Assembly (NCBI GenBank): GCA_021797085.1
Contig: JAKAAG010000004.1
Location: forward strand, 1-52,145
Origin: Nanobdellota archaeon
Lineage (GTDB): Archaea; Nanobdellota; Nanobdellia; Parvarchaeales; Parvarchaeaceae
Reading direction: 5' to 3'
DNA length: 52,145 nt
The notes under the pieces are model-generated. The model did no database searches, had not been told where the DNA came from, and saw nothing but the letters and a program-made list of their open reading frames with translations. Within the stretch, counting starts at the first letter, position 1; the number at the start of each line of letters is the position of its first letter. This document shows, piece after piece, positions 44,304-52,145 of this stretch. Both the position numbers and the translations under genes were made by a program.

Positions 44304-45104
44304 ATGGACAATGACTTAAAAGAGCTTATAAAAAGCAAGGAGCTTTTCCTTTTGGACGGAGACGGCACTTTATACCTTTGGGATAAACCATTTTCATCTT
44401 CTTCTGCATTTTTGAGTAAATTGATAAAGCTGAAAAAGAAGTTCATAATCCTAAGCAACAATGATTCGGAGAGCAAGAAGAAAAGGTTAATGTTTCTGAA
44501 TAAGATGTTTAAAATTAAACTAAAAGAGGAGCAGCTTCTTCTTCCGAACGATTTAGTGGAAGATTTTTTAATTAAAAAGAATATCAAAAGATTTGATGGT
44601 GTAATCTCAAATGATCTTTTAAGGGAACTTTTGTCAAAGGGATTTGTATTGGATAAAGAAAAACCAGAAATAGTGATAGTTGGATTTGATGTAAATTTAA
44701 CCTATGAAAAATTAATAAGGAATATAGATCACATAAACAAGGGAGTTAAGTTTCTGCTTACGCATAACGACCCTTTGTGCCCTTATAAAGGTGGAAAGGA
44801 AATACCCGATGCGGGCTTGATAATAAACCTTATAACACAAGCTGTGAAACGGGAACCAAATTACATATTCGGAAAGCCTTTCAAGTCTACTGTAGATTAC
44901 ATTATCAAAAAATATAAGGTAAAAAAAGATAAAATGCTGATAATCGGTGACAGACTGCATACAGACATAAAAATGGCCAATGAAAGCAGGATAGATTCCA
45001 TCTGGATAATTAATGACCAAAATTCAAAAAACGAAGGGCAGTACAGACCAACCGAAAAAGTTTATTCAATTGATGCCCTTTACAATCAAATCAAGGATCT
45101 ATAA
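44304..45104 (+). CDS. HAD-superfamily hydrolase, subfamily IIA (NagD-like phosphatase)
   Basis: Motif I LLDGDGTLY, motif II ILSNN, motif IV GDRLHTDI. Confidence 0.75.
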   Translation: MDNDLKELIKSKELFLLDGDGTLYLWDKPFSSSSAFLSKLIKLKKKFIILSNNDSESKKKRLMFLNKMFKIKLKEEQLLLPNDLVEDFLIKKNIKRFDGVISNDLLRELLSKGFVLDKEKPEIVIVGFDVNLTYEKLIRNIDHINKGVKFLLTHNDPLCPYKGGKEIPDAGLIINLITQAVKREPNYIFGKPFKSTVDYIIKKYKVKKDKMLIIGDRLHTDIKMANESRIDSIWIINDQNSKNEGQYRPTEKVYSIDALYNQIKDL

Positions 45105-45192
45105 TTTATTTTATATTGAATTGCGCTGTAACCGTTATCTTTTCTTATTTACCTGTAAAACAGTTTATTAACAGCTAAATATTAATATTATC

Positions 45193-45594
45193 ATGGCAAA
45201 AGACGAAAGTCAAGGATATCTGCCGGGGAAATGCAATATCGGGCCTAAGGAGATAAAGAAAAGGTATCTGACAGGCTTTATCGGTTTCGTTATTGCTGCA
45301 ATACTTGCCGTCTTTCTTTCAATCTCTGAAGTAAATTACTTATTTTTTATCTTATTGATATTTCCGCTATTTTTGGGTTTTATCGGCTTTTATCAAGGAT
45401 ACAAAAGGTTCTGCGTTGCAAATGCCATTGCAGGCATTTATGTATTTTCCGATACTAAAAAGGGTTCAATAAAGGATAAGAAATCACACAGAATCGACTT
45501 AAAGAAAGCACTTATCTTAATAACATACTCATTTATATCTGCTGCGTTGCTTACAATGGTTATGACCTTAATTGCGTATTATTTGGTGGTTTGA
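45193..45594 (+). CDS. Small membrane protein (possibly YgaP/DUF2892-like)
   Basis: CNIGPKEIKKRY followed by hydrophobic helices and a second Cys (KRFCVANAIAG). The stop overlaps the next ATG (TGATG). Confidence 0.5.
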   Translation: MAKDESQGYLPGKCNIGPKEIKKRYLTGFIGFVIAAILAVFLSISEVNYLFFILLIFPLFLGFIGFYQGYKRFCVANAIAGIYVFSDTKKGSIKDKKSHRIDLKKALILITYSFISAALLTMVMTLIAYYLVV

Positions 45595-45959
45595 TGTTAT
45601 ATCTTAAAACAACGGAAGAAATAATTTTTGGGTTGCTTAGCATACTTGGATTTTTTGCAGTTTACTACAGTCTAATAATATCAAGGGCGTTGATAAAACA
45701 TAAAAAGGACAGAGCGCCTCTACTAAGCTATCTTCTAAATCCTGAGAGGATAAGAACTCCTTATTTCGTATTTGCCGGTTTATTTGCATTCCTTACAGGT
45801 TTAATGGCTTTTTTGGATTTTGTTGATGGCGGGTTTAATCCAACAACAACTTTGCAGTATTCTACATTCTTTTTTGGGTTTATTTTTGCAATAATTACTG
45901 CGGTATTTATTATATTGGATATGCATTTTTGGTACACAAGGTTTAAAAGATTCATATGA
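45594..45959 (+). CDS. Small 3-TM membrane protein, cassette copy 3, member A
   Basis: IKHKKDRAPL loop motif and FWYTRFKRFI tail, as in the ORFs at 34395 and 35617. ATG 45594 is preferred over TTG 45591. Confidence 0.6.
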   Translation: MLYLKTTEEIIFGLLSILGFFAVYYSLIISRALIKHKKDRAPLLSYLLNPERIRTPYFVFAGLFAFLTGLMAFLDFVDGGFNPTTTLQYSTFFFGFIFAIITAVFIILDMHFWYTRFKRFI

Positions 45960-46351
45960 TAGAGAATGGAATTCTTGGCATAGTCGGAATTTTAACGGGC
46001 ACAGTGATACTGATATCGACTTTAGGTTTTATTTATTTTATGCGTTCTGCATATAGGTATGGTTCTAGAGACGAAGCAAACAAATTTTTTGGTAGCTATA
46101 TGTTTAATAACCCCAAAAGATACATAATAGCATTTTTGTTTCTAGTGTTAGCTGGTATGTCATTGTCAATAGGGTTTATATTTGCATTCATAGCTAGCTT
46201 TTTTATAAGTCCATTAGTTATATGGGAGCTTCTTAGTTCCGTTTCTCTTATTGCACTTGCGGGTTTTTTCGTAACATTTACAAGCATAGACCATCCAAAA
46301 TCTTTTCTCAGCTATATAGCGTTTCTTAAAGCAAAAAAGAAAAACAAGTAG
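45956..46351 (+). CDS. Small 3-TM membrane protein, cassette copy 3, member B
   Basis: ATGA overlap with member A. Three helices plus a Lys-rich tail. Confidence 0.55.
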   Translation: MIENGILGIVGILTGTVILISTLGFIYFMRSAYRYGSRDEANKFFGSYMFNNPKRYIIAFLFLVLAGMSLSIGFIFAFIASFFISPLVIWELLSSVSLIALAGFFVTFTSIDHPKSFLSYIAFLKAKKKNK

Positions 46352-46408
46352 TTTTTGTTTTCAATTATGGTTAGATAGCGTTAAATTCTTTAAAGTACTA
46401 GAATTGAA

Positions 46409-47140
46409 ATGGAACTGCCATTAGTTTATGGACACAGGGGAGCAGCAATAGAAGCTCCTGAAAACACACTGCCTTCGTTTAAACTTGCAAAAAAACTAGG
46501 GGTTTATGGGGTAGAGATGGATCTGCACACAAGCAAAGACGGAGAATTAATCGTAATGCATGACGAAACTTTAGATAGAACAACCAACGGCAAGGGCTTG
46601 ATTCATTCGCACACTCTTGAAGAGATTAAAAAGCTTGATGCAGGCTTCAAGTTCGGTAAGAAATGGAAGGGAACGAAGGTATCTACGCTAAGGGAAGTTT
46701 TTGAAGGATTAGGAAGAATAAATTATTATCTGGAAATAAAACAAAGTTCAAAGGTTTATCCTGGCATAGAGGAAAAGATGTTGGATTTAATAGACGAGTT
46801 CAACCTGAAGAACAACGTTCAAATAATCTCTTTTGACTTCGATTCTTTGGATATCATAAGAAAGTTGGACAAAACAATTAAAACAGGGTTGCTGTACACT
46901 GGCAAATCCTCTTGGTTTATAGACATAGCCAAAAGCCTTAAAATAAATTCTTTGCAGCCATCGTTTAATTTAATTTATCCGGATGACATAGAAATTGCTA
47001 GGAAAAATGGCTTTAAAGTTGCTGCTTGGACAGTAGATACTGTTGAGGACATAAACAGGGCAATAGATTTAAAAGTAGATAGCATAACTTCAAACAATCC
47101 AAGACTTGTACTGCGTACACTTAAAAAGTATGCAAAATGA
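46409..47140 (+). CDS. Glycerophosphodiester phosphodiesterase (GDPD family, cytoplasmic type)
   Basis: GHRGAAIEAPENTLPSF, E-x-D (VEMDLH), VMHDETLDRTTNGKG. No signal peptide. Confidence 0.88.
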   Translation: MELPLVYGHRGAAIEAPENTLPSFKLAKKLGVYGVEMDLHTSKDGELIVMHDETLDRTTNGKGLIHSHTLEEIKKLDAGFKFGKKWKGTKVSTLREVFEGLGRINYYLEIKQSSKVYPGIEEKMLDLIDEFNLKNNVQIISFDFDSLDIIRKLDKTIKTGLLYTGKSSWFIDIAKSLKINSLQPSFNLIYPDDIEIARKNGFKVAAWTVDTVEDINRAIDLKVDSITSNNPRLVLRTLKKYAK

Positions 47141-48629
47141 TAGATATATCGCAGCAGTAGACCAAGGGACAACTGGCACAAAGTGTTTAATATTTGACAT
47201 AAAAGGAAAGGTTATCAGCAAAGCATATAAAAGACACAGACAAATCCTACCTAAGGAAGGCTGGGTAGAGCACGATCCTTTGGAGATACTAAGCAGCGTT
47301 AAATTTGTTTTAAACTCCGCCATTCATTCTGCAAATCTAGGAGCTAGAGATATAACTGCAGTAGGGGTAAGCAATCAAAGGGAAACTACAGTACTGTGGG
47401 ATAAGAAAACGGGAATGCCTTTAAGCAATGCAATTGTATGGCAGGATTTGCGTACTCAAGACATAATAAAAAAGATTAAGGATAATTACAGTGAAAAGGA
47501 GATAGAGCAAAAAACCGGTCTAAAACTGAGTACATATTTCTCTGCTTCCAAGATAAAGTGGTTAATTGATAACTCGGATAAAATAAAGAGATTATTAGCA
47601 GAAAAGCGCGTATTGGCAGGCAATATCGATAGCTGGCTCATATGGAAATTAACTAATGAAAAAAAGCATTTAACAGACTATACAAATGCATCAAGAACAT
47701 TGTTAATGAATTTAAGAACAAAGGAATGGGATCCAGATATGCTGGAAATTTTCAAGATACCTAAAGATATACTGCCAGAAATAAAGCCTTCCATAAATAA
47801 TGAAGCATTTGGAACAATTAACTACGGTAATTTTAAGGGCGTTAGGATAACCGGAGTACTGGGAGACCAGCAGGCAGCTCTACTGGGTGAGAGAGGAACC
47901 CATGATTCGGATGTGAAGGTTACATATGGAACTGGCAGCTTCATACTTCAAAATACAGGTAGAAAGATAAAGAGACAAAAGGGCCTTTTAACAACATGTG
48001 CTTATGGTACTAGCAAAAATGACTGCAATTATGCGTTGGAAGGCTCAGTACCCCTTTCCGGAGAAATATTTGATTGGCTGGAAGAGCTTGGTATAATGAA
48101 ATCATTCTCAGAGATTAAAGATGCAATAACTGCTGATCTGGATACAAATCTTTTTTTAGTGCCTGCATTTAGCGGATTGTTTTCTCCTTATTGGGATCAA
48201 TCAGCAAGAGGCATAATCATAGGGCTAACAAGAAAATCCAATAAGCTTGCTTTAATAAAAGCCGCAGCATACTCAATATGCATGCAGGTTGTTGACATAA
48301 TAAAAAGAATGGAAAACTTCAATGATAAAATAAATGTCGATGGGGGAGTTGCAAGCAATGATTATATAATGCAGTTACAGGCAAATCTGCTAGGAAAAAA
48401 GATTTATAGATCGGATTTGGTGGAAGAAAGCGCATTTGGTGCGGCATTGTCGGCAGGCATATCCTCCGGTGTATGGAATTTCAACAGCATACAAAATTTA
48501 AATAAATCCGGCAGGTATTTTTATCCAAAAGTGGATAGTAAAACTTATAACACAATATATAGTAAATGGATTGATGCAGTGAAAAGATCAAGGGGCTGGA
48601 GCAAAAGCTTTAAATATAACAAAAATTAA
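47130..48629 (+). CDS. glpK: Glycerol kinase
   Basis: RYIAAVDQGTTGTK N-terminal FGGY motif, NQRETT, GDQQAAL. ATG 47130 is preferred over TTG 47106. Confidence 0.92.
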   Translation: MQNDRYIAAVDQGTTGTKCLIFDIKGKVISKAYKRHRQILPKEGWVEHDPLEILSSVKFVLNSAIHSANLGARDITAVGVSNQRETTVLWDKKTGMPLSNAIVWQDLRTQDIIKKIKDNYSEKEIEQKTGLKLSTYFSASKIKWLIDNSDKIKRLLAEKRVLAGNIDSWLIWKLTNEKKHLTDYTNASRTLLMNLRTKEWDPDMLEIFKIPKDILPEIKPSINNEAFGTINYGNFKGVRITGVLGDQQAALLGERGTHDSDVKVTYGTGSFILQNTGRKIKRQKGLLTTCAYGTSKNDCNYALEGSVPLSGEIFDWLEELGIMKSFSEIKDAITADLDTNLFLVPAFSGLFSPYWDQSARGIIIGLTRKSNKLALIKAAAYSICMQVVDIIKRMENFNDKINVDGGVASNDYIMQLQANLLGKKIYRSDLVEESAFGAALSAGISSGVWNFNSIQNLNKSGRYFYPKVDSKTYNTIYSKWIDAVKRSRGWSKSFKYNKN

Positions 48630-48637
48630 CTTTCAGT

Positions 48638-50059
48638 ATGCAAAGTAACGCTGAAAACGTTCATGTACCGAGACGTTCTGTAATAACTACTCTTTCAGCA
48701 ATGGGTTATTTTCTTGATGGTTATGATCTTAGCGTAATATCGGTTTTCACATTGGTCTTAGTAACTTATAAAATATTCCAGTATTCTGCACTTACAGAGT
48801 CATTGGTTTCAGGCGCAGCTCTGCTTGGGGCGTTTGTAGGGGCAGTTCTCTTTGGTCATTATGCAGACAGAATAGGTAGGAGGTATCTTTATATCTTAGA
48901 CCTTATCTTCTTTGCAGTCTTTGCAATATTATCGGCGTTATCGACAAATATAACGGAAATGATAATCTTCAGGTTCTTCGTTGGCTGGGGAGTAGGGGCA
49001 GACTATGCATTAAGCCCGGTTTACACTACAGAGATGTACCCTAACAAGAAAAGAGGGGCGGGCTATGGCTGGGTATGGACATTTTGGAGCATAGGGGCAG
49101 CCGTTTCATTCATTTTAGGGTATGTATTCTTCTTACATGATCCATTAACAAGCTGGAGATGGGTTTTAGGGTTGGGTTCAATACCTGCTATCATAACTGT
49201 AATACTTAGGACAAGAATGCCCGAATCGGCAAGATGGAAGTTAATAGATGAAGGAAAGGCAAATGATAAGAACGTAAAGACTGTAGCTCAAAAGATTGGA
49301 ATGACACCGCAGGATATTAAAGCCATATTATCTGAAAGGCAGAAAGAGGCAAACATTGCAGCCGGTTCATTCGCAGCGCTATTTAAGGGTGAATATGGTA
49401 AAAGGACTGCAGTTGTCTGGACTCAGTGGATAATATACGATTTAGCCGGCTATGGAATAGGTTTGTATTCACCATTAATACTTAAAGGACTTGGAGTAGC
49501 AGGTTCAACATCTCTTTTATATTCATTTATTTTTTACATGCCGATAGGTTTCTTGGGAGCGTTCGGTGCAGTAATGCTTAATGACAGAATAGGGAGAAGG
49601 CCATTGCAGGCGTTGGGCTTTGCAGGAATGGCGGTAGCCATGCTTTTATTCTTTATAGCTGCGACAGCAGCAGCTTCGATTGCAATAACTATAGGCATAA
49701 TAGCGTTCATATTCGATTATGGGCTTGGTAATTTAGGGCCCGGAAACACAATGGGTTTATATGCAATAGAGCTTTTGCCTACAAAATTAAGGTCTTCATC
49801 AATGGGAAGTGCTACTGGAATAACTAGAATTGCATCATTTGCTTCAGCTTTCCTGTTTCCTTATTTGACGCTTACAATAGGTAAATCAGGGTTCTTCTTC
49901 ATATTATTGGCATTGATGCTGTTTGTATTCTTCTTCACAGTATTCTTCACACCAGAGACAAAGGGCTTGACGTTGGAAGAGATAGCAATAGCCTCCTATA
50001 AGCACGTGCATGGTGTTCCAAAATTAGTGATGCCTAGTAAGAGCAAGGCTAAAAAGTGA
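48638..50059 (+). CDS. MFS transporter, sugar-porter-like
   Basis: 12 hydrophobic helices. Motifs GRRYLY, PESARW and PETKG. Confidence 0.85.
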   Translation: MQSNAENVHVPRRSVITTLSAMGYFLDGYDLSVISVFTLVLVTYKIFQYSALTESLVSGAALLGAFVGAVLFGHYADRIGRRYLYILDLIFFAVFAILSALSTNITEMIIFRFFVGWGVGADYALSPVYTTEMYPNKKRGAGYGWVWTFWSIGAAVSFILGYVFFLHDPLTSWRWVLGLGSIPAIITVILRTRMPESARWKLIDEGKANDKNVKTVAQKIGMTPQDIKAILSERQKEANIAAGSFAALFKGEYGKRTAVVWTQWIIYDLAGYGIGLYSPLILKGLGVAGSTSLLYSFIFYMPIGFLGAFGAVMLNDRIGRRPLQALGFAGMAVAMLLFFIAATAAASIAITIGIIAFIFDYGLGNLGPGNTMGLYAIELLPTKLRSSSMGSATGITRIASFASAFLFPYLTLTIGKSGFFFILLALMLFVFFFTVFFTPETKGLTLEEIAIASYKHVHGVPKLVMPSKSKAKK

Positions 50060-50086
50060 TTTTTTGTTTAATTTTAAGTTAAAAAA
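50060..50086. terminator. Bidirectional oligo-T/oligo-A terminator region between convergent genes
   Basis: T6 at 50060-50065 immediately follows the MFS stop. A6 at 50081-50086 reads as T6 on the minus strand, about 33 nt after the stop of the ORF at 50119-50775. Confidence 0.35.
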
Positions 50087-50118
50087 GTAACATTTAATTT
50101 TAAAGCTTAATAGACTTT

Positions 50119-50775
50119 TTATATTATGAGGTTTAGTCTTATCCATTCAAGTATTTTTTTCTTGTAAATTTTTTCTCTTTCCTTGTTTACTTCATTAGCT
50201 ATGTTCCTCTCTGCTTCTTTTGTAAGGTTTATCAATTTTTCGTTACTGGAGCTCTTGTTCATTACTTCTATTATCGCACCAGCTATATCAGTGTATTCAT
50301 CCATCTTGTCCTTCCAGTAATCCGGTAATTTATACGTAAGAATGGAATGCAACATGTAGGAAAGCGTAGGTATACGCATTTTGCCTACTTCCACGGATTT
50401 TTTCCATTTTGTGAATATTGAGCTTGGTGGGGGGAGCAGAAGCAGAAATTCAAAGTAATTTTGCAAGGTATCAACCAGCTCACTGTCAAGCACTTCATAC
50501 TGAAATCCATTATTCGTCATTACAAGCATCCTCGGCTTCTTTTCCTCTAGATCTTTTATGTTTTTTATTATATGCGTAAATGTATCTTTTAACTTGTCAT
50601 AATGGTTACTTTCGGGATAAAACAGCCGCTTCCTATCCAGATAAAGGATCTTTATCCCCTGTGCAATATTTGCCCTTAAAAGAATATCATCATCCACTTT
50701 TGGTTTCTCTTTTCCTTTGAATAGCATCATTATAATATAAAAACCGGATTTATTAATACTTCTATCCAAAGGCAT
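50119..50775 (-). CDS. Hypothetical protein downstream of the helicase gene
   Basis: 218-aa frame starting 24 bp after the helicase stop on the same strand. No recognisable motif. Confidence 0.5.
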   Translation of the reverse strand: MPLDRSINKSGFYIIMMLFKGKEKPKVDDDILLRANIAQGIKILYLDRKRLFYPESNHYDKLKDTFTHIIKNIKDLEEKKPRMLVMTNNGFQYEVLDSELVDTLQNYFEFLLLLPPPSSIFTKWKKSVEVGKMRIPTLSYMLHSILTYKLPDYWKDKMDEYTDIAGAIIEVMNKSSSNEKLINLTKEAERNIANEVNKEREKIYKKKILEWIRLNLII

Positions 50776-50799
50776 TATTTGTTAGAGGGTGTAAACTGC

Positions 50800-52107
50800 T
50801 TAATCTTCCTTGAAATAATTGCGTTTGAATCTATTCTTTTTGAATCCAGAATAATGTCTGTCATTGTTATTGCCACCGAATTCCCTTCTGTATGGTTTAT
50901 TTCTGCTGAAACCTCTATTTGGATTAAAATTACTTCTTCGCAATGCGCTTTCAACTTCATGTCTAGAATCTCCTTTGTAAAGTTCGTTTATCTTCTCTCT
51001 ATAGGCAGAAAGATTAAATTCTATCAAAGAAAGTTTTATCTTAGCGTAGTTTTCTATCTCATAAACTAAGTATTTTTCGGAGGGGGTGAATATCGTGAAA
51101 GCCCTTCCACTCTTTCCCATTCTTGCGCTTCTGCCTACTCTGTGGACATATGCTTTTGGATCCGCCTCGGCATCAAAATTTATTATATCAGAAACATTAT
51201 CTATGTCTAACCCCCTTGAAGCTACATTTGTCGCTATAAGCATGTTTGTATTCTCTTTGAACATGCTGAGGGAGTGTTCCCTTCTGTTTTGGCTTAGACC
51301 GCCATGCATTAAAACGGCTTTTATGTCCATATTTTGCATCATAGAATAGATTCTTTCCGCATTTCTCTGTGTCTTGCAGAATATTATCGCCTTTTCGGGT
51401 TTTTTCTCATCCAGATATGCAAGCAAAGTTGCAAATTTGTCGCTGCCATTTGCAATGGAATAGAAATGCTGTATTGTGCTCACTGTTACCTCTCCTGCAC
51501 CTATATTAACATTTACTGGATTGTTAGTATAGTTTAAGGTTATGTGTTTTATCTCTTCAGGAATCGTGGCAGAAAAGAACATTGTCTGTCTTTTCTTAGG
51601 CAATTTTGATAGTATGTATTTAATGTCATCTATGAAGCCCATGTCCAGCATGATATCCACTTCATCTAAAACAAGGAATCTTATTGAATTGGTAAGCAGT
51701 TCCCCCCTTTTCATTAGGTCTATTATTCTACCGGGAGTTCCTATAATTATGTTTGCCCCGTTTCTTATCTCTCTTATTTGGTAATTTATCGAAGCGCCGC
51801 CGTAAATTGTAACTGCCTTTAGCTGGAGGTGCTTTCCAAGGTCCCTTACAACCTCCGTTACTTGAAGTGCAAGTTCTCTAGTAGGTGTTATTATCATCGC
51901 GGCCTCTTTTTCGCTCTTTTCCAGGCTATTCAATATTGGTATCACAAAAGCAGCGGTTTTTCCGCTCCCAGTTTTTGATTTTACAACTACGTCCTTGCCT
52001 TCCAATTCCAGTGGAATAGCCTGTTTTTGCACTTCAGTGGGTTCTTCAAACTTCATTTCATGCAATGCAGTTAATATCTCTTTTTTTAAATTCATCGAAT
52101 CAAACAT
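50800..52107 (-). CDS. DEAD-box ATP-dependent RNA helicase
   Basis: Q-motif (FEEPTEVQ), motif I SKTGSGKTAAF, Ia PTRELA, II VLDEVD, III SAT, V/VI ARGLDI and HRVGRSARMG, and a basic C-terminal tail. Confidence 0.9.
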   Translation of the reverse strand: MFDSMNLKKEILTALHEMKFEEPTEVQKQAIPLELEGKDVVVKSKTGSGKTAAFVIPILNSLEKSEKEAAMIITPTRELALQVTEVVRDLGKHLQLKAVTIYGGASINYQIREIRNGANIIIGTPGRIIDLMKRGELLTNSIRFLVLDEVDIMLDMGFIDDIKYILSKLPKKRQTMFFSATIPEEIKHITLNYTNNPVNVNIGAGEVTVSTIQHFYSIANGSDKFATLLAYLDEKKPEKAIIFCKTQRNAERIYSMMQNMDIKAVLMHGGLSQNRREHSLSMFKENTNMLIATNVASRGLDIDNVSDIINFDAEADPKAYVHRVGRSARMGKSGRAFTIFTPSEKYLVYEIENYAKIKLSLIEFNLSAYREKINELYKGDSRHEVESALRRSNFNPNRGFSRNKPYRREFGGNNNDRHYSGFKKNRFKRNYFKED

Positions 52108-52145
52108 ATCTATTTACAGTTTTATATTGATCTTTTGGTATAAAT

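Noticed and set aside
50775-51069. Two short ORFs, 50775-50960 (minus) and 50779-51069 (plus), at the helicase 3' end.
   Set aside because: Both overlap the well-supported C-terminal coding region of the DEAD-box helicase and have no independent signals.
1-52145. A search for mobile-element hallmarks: integrase, transposase, terminal inverted repeats, and tRNA-flanked direct repeats around tRNA-Asp.
   Set aside because: No such ORFs or repeats were recognised. The sequence next to tRNA-Asp shows no duplicated tRNA 3' fragment elsewhere in the window.

Overview
The window is an AT-rich (roughly one-third GC by eye), very compact archaeal chromosome segment. Archaeal identity rests on a Nop5-fibrillarin pair, archaeal-type ApgM, TTTAAATA-type TATA boxes about 27 bp upstream of start codons or RNA 5' ends, and oligo-T terminators. 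Gene content and sequon-rich surface proteins suggest a wall-less acidophilic Thermoplasmata-like organism, but this cannot be verified without a database search. All family calls come from motifs read by eye.

Housekeeping and repair genes: tRNA-Asp(GTC), hisS, nop5, flpA, apgM, PolX, a KaiC-like ATPase, ExoIII, dcd, EndoIII, bcp, speH, Fe/Mn sod, a glycerophosphodiesterase-glpK-MFS cluster, and a DEAD-box helicase. There are three ABC-2 exporter pairs, two of them behind a PadR regulator.

Items worth attention:
1. A 13.6-kb single ORF (~4,540 aa) for a hyper-modular, sequon-rich surface protein: 26 tandem plus about 7 interspersed ~80-aa two-Cys modules, then five DUF2341-like plus lectin-like modules. 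These show mosaic, partly 100%-identical DNA repeats, and each ends in PPNGVMP.
2. A four-gene prkA-prkA'-yeaH(DUF444)-spoVR operon, preceded by a structured non-coding leader and a possible 50-codon upstream ORF.
3. A two-gene small-membrane-protein cassette present three times.
4. A five-gene cluster of orphan soluble proteins with its own promoter, including a protein-kinase-like ORF that lacks the catalytic aspartates.

No CRISPR array, rRNA, transposase or integrase was seen.
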